Source of the DNA: Lama glama
Lineage: Eukaryota
NCBI GenBank assembly: GCA_028534125.1
Contig: CM052841.1
Location: 66,278,001-66,342,000, forward strand
Reading direction: 5' to 3'
Length of the DNA stretch: 64,000 bases
Positions within the stretch are counted from its first letter, which is position 1; each line of letters opens with the position of its first letter. The position numbers and the translations under genes were made by a program. Positions 25,201-37,200 of this stretch are shown here, one piece after another. The notes beneath the pieces were generated by a model, which was not told the origin of the DNA, made no database searches, and was given only the letters and a program-made list of their open reading frames with translations.

Positions 25201-28200
25201 AGGAGGCCTGGCTGGAGGGGCGGACGTCAGTGGAGCAGCCGTGCTCTGTGTCCCCCCCCCCGTGACCCTGTGAGATGAGCCTCCCTGCCGCTGTCCAGGC
25301 GAGGGGACTGCGGCTGAGAGGTGACCGACTCACCCAGGTCACAGCAGGAGGTGGTGGAGCGGAGCCAGAACCTTACTCTTGGGCACCAGGGAGGGGCAGC
25401 CCAGAAGGGGTGGGGCCAGGTCCCTCCCTCCCAGTGACCCCTACCTTAGTGTCTGGACTCAGTGATGCCACCCCGTGAGCCCTTGCTTTCAGGGCCCCAG
25501 GAAGAGCGGGATGGTGGGCCAGCTGGTGGGAATACCCATTCTGCAGACACACAGCCTGAGCGGCTGGCTCCTGGGGACTGTGGCTTTGGAGACAACCCCC
25601 CAAACCTCGGTGTCACCCACAGGTCGGGGAGGCAAGGGCACTGTACAACATTGGCAATGTGTACCACGCCAAGGGCAAGCAGCTGTCCTGGAACGCCGCG
25701 CAGGACCCTGGGCACCTGCCCCCTGCTGTCCGGGAGACGCTGCGCCGGGCCTCTGAGTTCTACGAGTGAGCAGGGCGAGTTTGTCCACGAGATTCACAAA
25801 CACAGGGACCTGGGCGGCCCCAGGATCAGAGCACTCTCCTCCCCCACCCCCACCCATCCTCAGCCTGGTGGGACCCACCAGGCCCGGGCGTTTCCCACCT
25901 CTTGATGACACACAGCAGTGGAGAGAGGCAGGGAACTGTGGAGCCACAGCCAGGTGCGGGGTTTTAAAACATTTGGCTGGAAGAAGGGCCAGGACGTTGG
26001 GCCAGGCCCCCAGGTGTGGGAGAACCCTCCCCTCCAGAGGCTGCATCTGAAAACCAGAGTCGGGGGTTGGGGAGCCCCTGACCTGAGCCTTGGAGCTTAG
26101 CATCCAGCCACCCTCTTTCGGGAACACAACTCTGGGAGGGTGAGGCCACCCGCTCAGCATCCTCTAGCCTGGGTGGGTGGTCGCTGGGAGGGACGCAGCT
26201 CAGACAGGCTCGGCCCCCAGGAGGAACCTGTCCCTGGTGAAGGAGCTGGGCGACCGGGCGGCCCAGGGCAGGGCCTACGGGAACCTGGGCAACACGCACT
26301 ATCTGCTGGGGAGCTTCACGGAGGCCACCGCCTTCCACAAGGAGGTGAGTGCACAGCGTGGCAGCAGTGGGATCGCCCCAATATTGGGGCAGAGTGGCAT
26401 GGCTTTGTCTGGCTTGGTGCTGGGGCTCCCGGGGCTGCCCTTCTGAGCACACAGACATCAGGCTGACCATGCTGGGCAGGGCAGCACCTGCCATCCACAT
26501 CGGGTCCCAGGCTGCTCCACAACCACCCGGGCCTCATGTCTGTGTCCTCAGCGCCTGGCCATTGCTAAGGAATTTGGAGACAAGGCGGCAGAGCGGAGGG
26601 CCTACAGCAACCTGGGGAACGCCCACATCTTCCTGGGGCGCTTCGACGTGGCTGCAGAGTACTACAAGTAGGCAGGCCCCGCCCACCCGCGCTGCCCAGC
26701 CAGGGAGAGGGTTGGGCCTAGGAGGGTGCCTGGACACCAGGCCACGGAAACGCCCACCCCAAGGTCTGCCCTCCCAGACTCCCCAGGGGCCACGTGGGGG
26801 GTTCTAGACCCCACTGGAAGGGCCGACTGACAAAGCCAGAGAAACCCCCAGTGGGATCCTAGGGCTGGAGGCCTCTGGGCCAAAGGGCTGCTTCCCCCAT
26901 CACCCACCATCTGCCCCTTGGAAAGGGGGCTTCGTGGGAGCACGAGTGCCCTGAGGGGGCAGGGCATACTGGAAGTTTCCCTCCTGAGGGCTGACTTCCC
27001 CGCCCCCTGCGCAGGAAGACGCTGCAGCTGTCCCGGCAGCTCAAGGACCAGGCCGTGGAGGCACAGGCCTGCTACAGCCTGGGCAACACGTACACGCTGC
27101 TGCAGGACTACGAGCGGGCTGCCGAGTATCACCTGCGGCACCTGCTCATCGCCCAGGAGCTGGCCGACAGGTGTGTGCGGCGGGGATGCGGTGGGTGGGC
27201 AGGCCCAGACTGGAGGGCTCCCGACAGCCCCTTCAGGCTCCTGGGCTGAACTGCAAGCTGATTGCAGTTCAGACTCGCTGGTCTGCATCTGAGGTGCCAC
27301 CGACCACCGATGGCACCCCTCGGCTCAGCCTCCCTCTGTCACTGGGCCACGCAGCTCTCTGAGTAGGACTGAGTGAGCTCGCAGTGACCCTTGGCACAAG
27401 CTTGGGGGATTGTGCCCTAATTCTCAGACCACTGCCCCTTGGAACACCCTCCCTTCCCCTTCTGTCTCTGTGTCTATGCAAATATTAGTCTCCGTGGGGA
27501 GACAGACAGCCTGACCGAAGACTCCTAAACACACAGCAGTGTGTTTGTGGGGCAGCGGCTGCAGTGCAAGAACTCAGAGCCACTGGCCAGGTTCCTTTCA
27601 TGGGTGGTGGACAGGAGGGAGCTCCTAAAAAGCTGCTCGGCCAGGAGGCTTACAGTGGCCTGTGATTTTTCTTTTGGGTGATGCTTTGGACCTAGATGGC
27701 GACAAGGGTCCAGGCTGTGAACGTGTGTGGCGCTGTTGGGTTGTGTGTTTACAGCGGTTACATTTCCGTGCTGTTATTTTCACCTCAATTTAAAAATTAA
27801 TGATCCAAGGGAATGAGGTCACTGCTGCCCAGGGTGGAGGGAGCCACAGGGGTGAGAGCCTCACTGGCCACTAGGGGGCAGTCAAGGCCACACCAGGAAC
27901 TCTGGGCCATCCATGGGCAGCCCCTGACACCCCACCAAGCCACCCTGCCTTCCCACCTCCCATTGTGATGGGCCTAACCACCTGGAGGCAGGGCTTGGGC
28001 TGGCCAGACTAGGAGGGAGGCCAGCAGGCCTGGGTGGCACAGACATGGACTCAGTTTCCCTCTCCGGCAGAGTGGGTGAGGGCCGGGCGTGCTGGAGTCT
28101 GGGGAATGCCTACGTATCCATGGGGAGCCCAGCACAGGCCCTGACCTTCGCCAAGAAGCACTTGGAGATCTCCCAGGAGGTGAGCCCGGCCTGCCCCTCT

Positions 28201-31200
28201 CTGCCCCCAACCCTGCCCTCGGCCGGCACTGGAGGCTGCCCAGGTGCTGCCCAGCCTGCTCCAGACTGGGCCAGGTGCCTCTGTGTGCTCTGGGCTCTTT
28301 CCTGGACTGCCTCCCTGTCCTTTCCTGGCTGTGCTGTGCGCCGTGATGGGGCCCAGCTACCCCGGGCCTTCAGAGGCCTGGTGGCTGCTTGTCTGCTATA
28401 GTCCCGGGGGAGGGTGGGGGGCAGGAGCTTGTTTTCTGCTCCTAGAGTGTGAGCAGCACCTTTGGGCAGCCACAGGCAGGTGCCTCTGTCCCTGACTGAA
28501 CTGGGCCAGGCTGGGCCGTGGAAGGCCTGTGTCCAAAACCCAAGGATGAAGGATCTACCGGAGGTTGTTGGGGGGCGGCCCTGGGGGGTCTTCCCTGGGG
28601 CCCTCAACCAGGGAAGGGCCCTCACACCTTCCTAGGGAGGATGGGCAGGGTCTCTGAGGGCGTCATCATGGGTGAACTCTGTCTCCTGGCTCCTGATCTG
28701 TCCTCACCTCACCCCATCCCGCTCCTCGGCCCCCACCACACCCCCGGGAGCAGAGCTGTGTTGCCTCCCTCTGGCACACCCCCAGCGCCTGTCCAGACCT
28801 GCCATGGGCCAAAGTCCATGGGCGGGCAGGACCTGCTGGTGCCCCGGTGGACATGGGGAGGAGCAGGAAAGCTCGAGTCAGGGGAGGTCCTGGTCTGGAG
28901 AGCCCTCCACTGGGCTAGTCACCATGTCCCTCCAAGCACAGGCAGGGCGGGCAGTGGCCCTGGGGCTCCACGCGCAGGTCCCTCCTGCCCCACCCTTCCT
29001 TTGGCTTGCTCCTGGCTAAGCATGCGGCCTTTCTGCCACGAGGGCTCCCAGAAGGAGGGCCCCATATGGCACAGCCAGGCTGGGATGTGAAGGGGGGCTG
29101 TCTGGGGCTCTTGAGGCCACTCCCACCCAGGGACACCTCTGGAGTCCACTCTAGGGCCCAGTGGGGCCCAGTTTATTTCCCTTGAAGGCCCCAGGATCGT
29201 GATGGTCCAGTGGGAGTTCACGGCAGGGCCTCCCAGCCCACCTGCCCACTGACCGGGCCCTGCCTGACTACAGATTGGGGACCGCAGCGGGGAGCTCACG
29301 GCCCGCATGAACGTGGCGCAGCTGCAGCTGGCACTGGGCCGGCTATCCAGCCCGGCGGCCGCAGAGAAGCCAGACCTGGCTGGCTATGAGGCCCAAGGTG
29401 AGTTCCTGGCCTGTAGGGGTGGGAATCCTGTTCCCTGACAGGCTCAGACTTCAACCTGGGATGCAGGGGCCTCGGAGGGCAGGGCTGTGGCAGGAGAGCC
29501 GCCTAGGGGCCAGTGGGCACTGCCTCATGCTGGGGCTGATGGGCTCTGTCCCTAAACGAGAATTTCTGATGGCTGCCGGGTGAGGGAAGGGGCCCCTCGG
29601 AAGATGTGGAGCCCTGTTCCTGGGGGTTGTCAGCATCTGAGCCCCACTCACCAGCCCAGTTCACAATAGGGGTGAGTGAATGACAGGTGCTGGGGCACAG
29701 ACAGGGCTGTTTCCCCAGGGCGGGTCAGAATCGGGGGACTAAAAGGTGGGGGACAGCACGGGCAAAGGGGCATTCAGGCCAGTTCTTCATGGCTCTGGGG
29801 CCACCCTGATGAGTCCCTGGGTTTATCATCACAGCTCACTGCCTCTCCCTTGCTGCTCCACCCCTCTGGAACCCAAGATCCCGCTCCAGGCTGGGGGCTG
29901 GGCCTGGGGGAGGCCTTCCTGTGGGAGCCCAGTGGGAGGGGGCTGATGGCAGGAGGGAGGGGCTGAATCATCTGAGGTGGAGGGAGGTGCGCTGGGTATG
30001 CATCAGCCGAGGCCTCAGACCAGGCACGGTGGGTACAATGACCTCATTCACAGGCTGCTGGTCGCCCCATACAGGTCAGAGATGCTACTCAGACCAGGAC
30101 AGGACGTTCACTGCAAAGCAAATAGATTAATAAATATGGGGCACTGGGGGAGGGGGCCGCACTGAGCTGGCCTCCTGCAGGTGGGTGGGGGCAGGCTCTG
30201 GGCAGGGACTTAGGTGTCCCCTACTGGCCCACAGAGTCCCCGTGGTTCTTGAGTTTTCAGGGATTCTGGCCCAGACCCCTCATGCTGTGTCCCTGAGAGT
30301 GCCCACCCTGCCCCAGCCTCCAAGCCCTGCCGGCCTGCCCAGAGCCAGGCTGGGAGGCCAGCCAGCCGTGGTGTCAGGTCTTGGACTCCTGTGCTATGAA
30401 GCGCCTGGGTTTCTGACGTGGCCTGTCCTGAGAGATAGGGGCTCGTGCCACCCGGCTCAGAGGCTGAGGACAGGAGAGCCCTTCTGGGGCCCTCAGCCAC
30501 TCTTGTTTTGGGGGTGCTGTGGCTAGTGGGGATAGGATGGAGTATGGCCCTCTTTTCTCCCCACCCTACCCAACCTGTCCAGGCCAACATCTGCCCTTCA
30601 GGCTGGGGTTTTCTGAGGGCGGGCAGCTGGCCCTGTGAGGTCACCCTCTGGGAACCCCAGCAGCAGGTGGGGGCAGGGCTGGTCCCAGCATCTGGAAAGG
30701 CTTCCAGAGAGGTGTGGCCCAGCCCTGCGTCTCCTGGCATTTGCCTTCTCTGAGCTGAGGGAAGGGGGGCTCAGGGTTGGTGACCGGCCAGGCCGTGCAG
30801 GAACAAGGCAGCTTCTGTCTTCCCCATGCCTGCTCCTCTGCCCTGCCCGGTGCCCAGACCCTTCCCAGCCAGGGCCCCTGGAAGCTTCCGCCCACCAGGC
30901 TGCCAGCAGACGCTGGGAAGAGGCCGTCCCCCTGGGAGGACAGTGGCTGGGGTGGCCCGCCCAGGCCCGCGGAGCCAGGTCTGAGGGCTCTGGGCAGCCC
31001 TGGGTGCCCCAGCCCTGGGATGCAACTGCTGGAGGCCGACCAGCACCTTGAGTCTGGGTGGCTCCGGAGGAGACCCCTGCTCGGGCAAGGCCTGTGGAGG
31101 GAGCCATGGCTAGGCTGTCTGTTGGAGCGGCCTCATTCATTCATCCCTCACTCACTCGTTCGTTTGGCACATACTGAGCGTGGGCGGTGAGCTGGCCCAG

Positions 31201-34200
31201 TTTCCAGAAAGCTGGGTGCCTGTCTTCTGGAAACTGTCCCTGGGGATGCAGATGGGACAGTTGCACATCCGGAGCCTGTGAGCGTGCAGGGAGGTGAAGG
31301 GGGCCAGGTAAGCACCTCCATGGGAGGTAGGAGCCCTGGGCTGCCTCAGAACAGGAAGAAGCCTGTGGGCGTGGCCTTTGTGGCCAGTATGGACACAGGA
31401 CAGGAGGCATGGCCCGTGGTGGGGCGGCAGGCCTGGTGGTGGCTGGCCAGCTGGAGGCCAGGCCTAGGGACATTTTTTTCTATCATGATAAAAACGAGGA
31501 CACTTCATGCAGGAGGACCCAGAGCCCAACTCATGGCCCCTGCTGCCCACACCCCAGCAAAGAGGGCTCAGAGTGAATCTGGGTGGGAGGGGGCACCTCC
31601 CTACCATTTGCTGCCTGGACCAGGATCAGTCTGCCCAGGTGGCTGTCCCGGGAGGGCACAGGATTGGGGGGAGCATGCTGGTTGAGGTCCTACTGCGCCT
31701 GCTTGGCGTGACAACATAATCAGTGCACGGGAGGAGGCAGTCAGCCCTGAGCTGTCCTCTGTGTCCAGGGTGGGGCTGCCCTGCCTCCTCTGCTCATGCT
31801 GCGGGGGTCCTGGGCCCAGAGCAGGGGAGTCCCTGGACAAGCGGGTTCAGCTATGATGGGAGATTGGGATGTACACAGTATAACATCTAACTGGCAGTTT
31901 CGGCTGCAGGCTCTCACCCTGGCTCCACACATCCTGGTCAGCTGACGTAGTAACTTGACCTAGCAGTGCCTCAGTGTCCCCATCTGGGAAGCAGACCCAC
32001 TGGTGGTCCTGGGAAGAGCTCCTGGCAGGGGCAAGGTCACAGCTCCTGCCCTGGGGAGGTCTAGAGTTGCAGACACATCACTGTCTGTCCGTGCATTCAG
32101 CAAGTGCCTGCAGCCCACCCACATGCCAGGCACCTGTGATGGACAGATCGGGGCTTCAGGGCATGAGGACAAGTCTGTCTTTACGTCTCTCTTTTCTGGC
32201 TGTGCTCAGCTCGACCCCCTAAGGGCTGGCCGGGTAAGCCTGATTTCCCGTAGCGCCCCCCCCCCCAGTGTGGGCACACACGTACAGCCCTGACTTCCCA
32301 TCCTGACCCTGGCTCTGCCCCTTCAGGCTCTGTGACGTTGGTGGTGGTCACCTTCTCTTGAGGCCCAATGTCCACAGTCCCTGGAGGGTGGCCAGTACTT
32401 CCTATGCTGGGGACAGCCCTGAAGGAACAGTGCCTGAAAATGCACCCGGGTCCTCACACAGTAGGCACTAAGTAAACACTTGCTACTCATTCCACTGTCC
32501 TGAAAGCCCCTATGTGCCAAACCCTGTCCAAGCTCTAGGGGCACAGCAGCGAACGAAACAAATGAGAAATGATAAATTCGCAGAAAACAAATGATGTGTT
32601 ACAGGAGCCTGGAAGGAAGCAGGTCGGTAGGGGGTTGGGAGTGTCAGGTGGGGCAGGACGTAGCATTAAATACAGCAGCTGATGGGCCTCACAGAGACCT
32701 ACATCTCAGTCAGGTTGAGCTGCGTAACAAAACACCACAGAATGGGTGGCTTAAACAGTGGATGTTGGGGGGAGGGTACAGCTCAAGTGGTAGGGTGCAT
32801 GCTTAGCATGCACAGGGTCCTGGGTTCACTCCCCAGTGCCTTCTTTAAAAATAAATAAATAAGTAAATAAGTCTAATTACCACCCCCCCAAAAAGAAATT
32901 TAAAAAAAACCTCTTAAAACAGTGGATGTAGTTTTCTCTTGGTTCTGGAGGCTGGACCTTCAAGAGCTTGGGGCCCACTTGGCAGGGCCTTGTGAGGGCC
33001 CTCCTCCTGGTCTGGCCCAGGTGAGACGGGTGGGGTGCAGGGGGAAGAGAGAATGAGCTCTCTGGTCTCTTCCCATGTGGGCACCAGTCCCATTTCCAGG
33101 GCCTCGCCTGCATGACCTCAGCCCACCCTGACCATCTCCCAAGGCACCTCCTCATTGCTATCACTTTGAAGTTCGGGACTTCAATATAGGGAATCTGGGG
33201 GACACAAACATTCAATCCATAAGTGACATCTAAGCAGACACTTGAAGGAAGGGAAGGAGTGAGCCCTGAGCTTAAGAGGAACAGCAGTCTAGGTAGACCA
33301 GACAGCCCTTGCAAAGGCCCTCCCCCCACCCCAGGCAGGAGGACCTGGCAGGGAGGAACAGTGGGACTGTGTCTGGAGCGGAGCGAGGGCAGAGGGTAAG
33401 GGTTGGGGTTGAGGGTGGCAGGCCAGGGTCGGGGAGGGCCTGGTGGGCCCTGGTGTCAGCCTCACCCCGACACCAGTGGGGCCCCTGCAGGGTTTAGCAG
33501 AGGAGGAAGAAAATCTAATCCAGATTCTAAGGGCATCTCTCTGGCCCGTGCATGGAGAAGGGACTGGGGGGGGGCAAGGCTGGGCAGGAAGGCAGGGCTG
33601 GGAGGGAGTGTCAGATCCTGGGTCTGTCCCAAAGGTGAAGCTGCCAGGTTTTCAGAAGTGGGGTCGGGGGTGAAGGCGAGGGAGGCGCTAGGGGCCCAGT
33701 GGGTTGGGACAGGCTGTGCAGGGACAGATGGCTAGTGGGGACAGAAGTGATGACGAGGTGCCAGTCAGACTTGGCGGTGGTGGGGCATCCCTGGGGAAGT
33801 TTCCAGGCCTGGCCCTCTCAAGTGGGCGGGACAGGAAGCCAGCCAGCAGTACCAGGCCTGAATGCCCCCAGTCAGGGCTCAGCCCAGGGCGAGGACCGTT
33901 GGAAGCGCCGGGTTCAGACCGCCTCGACGCACACTCCAGACAGAGGGTGCATTTAGCTGGGCCCAGAGGGCCTTCTGCCCGCTGTCCGCGTGGCCATGAG
34001 GGTCCCGCCCCGGAGGAGCTGGACGCGGGCTGCGTCTCAGAAGGACATTTTGTGGTGGAGGGCCAGGTGGGGCAGAGACAGCCGTGCAGGGCCCAGTGGA
34101 TGGGGTGGGGAAACCTAGTTGGACCCCCAGGGTATCCAGGGGCAGCTGAGAGAGGACCGTAGCTGGCCTCCCACAGGAAGGCAGAACAGGGCTTTTTGTG

Positions 34201-37200
34201 GGCTGGGGTGGGTACTGGCTGTGGGATGGGTGATGCACCAACCCTTTGCTTCCGAACAGAGCCCATCTTTTCCTACTTGGAGCTGTCTCTCTCGCTTCGT
34301 CCAGCCCTCAGAGGAGAGCTCACTCGGCCCCCCTGGGGGACCTGGGCTGCCCACCGTGCAGGCAGAGTAGGGGGAGCAGCTGAGCTGAGTCTGCGGCTGG
34401 CTGTGGCAGCGCAGATGCAGGAAGGGCCTCCCAGGAGAGGGAGCAGTGCAAGCTAAGGCCGGGGAGTAAGAGTGCGAGGTCCAGAATTTGGAAACTGGAC
34501 CAGACGGGGGAGCACCAGAGCCAGACCCTGCCCAAGTCCCTGCAGATCGGCCCTATCTCTACGAGGAACTGCTTGTCCTGATAGGGCCGGAGGTCATGCG
34601 CACCCTGCTTTTGCCTCCATGTCGGGCAGGGGGCAGGAGCCTGGAATGCTTGGCTCCCAAGCCAGCCCACCTCAAGGCCAGGGGTCAGTGCCAGCTGACC
34701 AGGCCTGCTGTCTTTCAGGGGCCAGGCCCAAAAGGACGCAGAGGCTGAGCGCGGAGACCTGGGACCTCCTGAGGCTTCCCCTGGAGCGGGTGAGTGGGTC
34801 TTAGGCGGGGTCCTGGGGGCGCCTTGGGGGTGGGTGACAGGGAGTAGGCAGCGGGTTAATGAGGCTGGTGCAGTGTGTGCTGAGCTGCTGCTGCCCGCCT
34901 GGGCTCCTGTCTGCATCACTTCCCTGCCATGGGAGACTGATGTGCCCTTTGCAGCCCAGGACCCTGGACAGGCCATTTGCCCTGAGAGGCCCCCAGGGGA
35001 CCCTGCCTCACCAGCGCCCATCCTCTTCTTCCTCACCTCAGAGTCCCGCCAGCCAGGGCCCCAAGGGAACAAGCCAGAGTCCTTACACCTTGTAGACCGC
35101 CTTCCTCCAATCCTCAGCCACTGTCCCCAGTGTCCTGGCTGGCCTCCATTCCTGTCCGCTCCCTGCCCACTCAGACTCTGCTCCGTGAGGAAGCAAAGCT
35201 GTTATAGATGGGGCATTTGGGACTTGGTAAACCCCAAACAGATTTGGGTGCCCTGGGCCCACTCTGTACCTGCCAGGGGTGGGTGCTGTGTGGTCCTGGG
35301 GCAGTGGCCTCCCCTCTCAAAGCCTCTGGTTCCTCCAGTATAGACTGGGTTCAGTTACAGGGACCCACTAGGGGACAAAGCTCAGGGCCACCCACAGTCT
35401 CCCACTGTGTGGGAAGGCGGGTGTCTGAGGCAGTCAGACACCCAGCCCCAGCTCCTCCAGCACCCACCGTGTCTCTGCCTGCCCCCACGCTGCCTCCTCC
35501 CTTTGGCACCTGAGTGCCTCCGTGAGTTTCAGTGAGACAGGGGTGACAGCGTCTGCTCAGCCACCCTTTAGGGTCCTGGGACGGGGAGCATTGGTTCAGA
35601 ATTGCTGTTGGCCCACTCCGATGGCCGGCCTTCCTCCCCACTTCCAGGAGCAGAATGGAGACAGCCACCATGCGGGGGACTGGCGGGGGCCGGGCAGGGA
35701 CTTGCTCCCCCTCCCCGTGAGGAGCAGGAAGTACCAGGAGGGGCCGGACGCTGCTGAGAGGAGGCCCCGGGAAGGTGGCCACTCCCCACTGGACAGTGCA
35801 GACGTCCGGGTGCAGGTGCCTCGCACGGTAGGAGACTTCTCCTTGGGTGCCAACAGGGGGCCCCAGGGGGCTCTGAGCCCATCCTGGGCAGTCGACCTGG
35901 GAGGCCTAGCATCTCCGGGGATGGATGAGGGATGGGTGTGCTAGTGATCAGGTAGACGGACAGCGGCGGATGGAGGAATGGGGGTGTGGCTTCTTCCTGC
36001 CCGGCGTCCCACTGTGCCCAGGAGCCTAGGCTGGCCCCTCCCAGCTCTCTGGAGTTGGTTAGGGTATGGGGGACACAGAAGGGCAAACCTGAGTTTCTGG
36101 TCAAGCCCAGGTTTAGAGGTCAGCCTGGAGCCCCCCATGCAGAACACCTGGGTTCAAACATCAGAGAATTAGTCTAAAAATAGTTCCCTCCAAGGGTTTA
36201 ATCAGCACTTTCTCAGCCTTCAAGGGGCGTGGGCACCGTGCTGGGTGTTTTTAGCCTGAGGCTGCTCTGCACCCATCTATCGCGAGCCTGGGGAAGCCTC
36301 CACTGACCCGTTTGACCCCAGTGCCACCAGACGAGCCAACTGAGGGCCAGAAGTCTGTGTCTGTGGAGTAAGACAGGGAGCGGGACACATGGGCCAGGCT
36401 ATCCCGTGGGAAGGCGAGGGGTCCCTGCCTGGGGCAGGAGTCCCCCATCAGGTCCCAGGCCAACGGGGCTGCTGCTGACACTCCCTTGTGTTAGCAGCTG
36501 GCCCTGCTCCTCCTCCACCCCAAACCCAGGTGGTGCAGGGGTGTTGCCACTAGCACAACGGGGGACTTTGGGGTCTGAGGAGGTGTGACTGACCCCCACC
36601 AGGGCACTGGGGAGCCACAGAGGGCTCTGGAGCAGGAAGGACCTGCCCAGGGCTCCCACCTGTGCTCATGGCTCCCACCACCTGGCTTCTCCATCTAGGA
36701 CCATACTTACCAGGTGATGGCGCTGGTGGTACCCCCCCATGTTCACTCTGAAAGGGAGGCTGAGCGGTGGAGGCGGCAGAGCCTGCCTAGGCCCCCAAAA
36801 CAGGGAAAGCAAAGAGAGACTTGTCTTTCTCATTCCCTCGCACCCCTAAACCACGCCAGCCTCGCAGCATGAGGGCTGTTTTTGAAGTCTCGCCAAAGAT
36901 GGCAGCCAAGGCAAAGCTGTACCCCACTCCCATCCGGGGGTCTCAGAGCTTTAAGCCCCAGAGGTGGGACCTGGGAAGGTGGAGCCCAGGCCGGGAAATG
37001 GCTGCCACGTGCTGCCGACTGCTCACCTGCTCCACCTTTTCACTCTGGCCCCAGCCACATCCCACAGCTGCCACCCAGAGCCCCTTCCACCAAACAGACA
37101 GAGCCGACGCTCAGGCCTGTTAAGTGTGCTGTGTTTACAGTTGTCCGAAGAGGGGAAACTGAGGCGCAGAGCAGGGAAGAAATGGCCTGAGGACGTCCAG

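Noticed and set aside
32767-32845. tRNA gene
   Set aside because: A and B boxes are present, but the A-rich tail and TSD mark it as a retroposed SINE.
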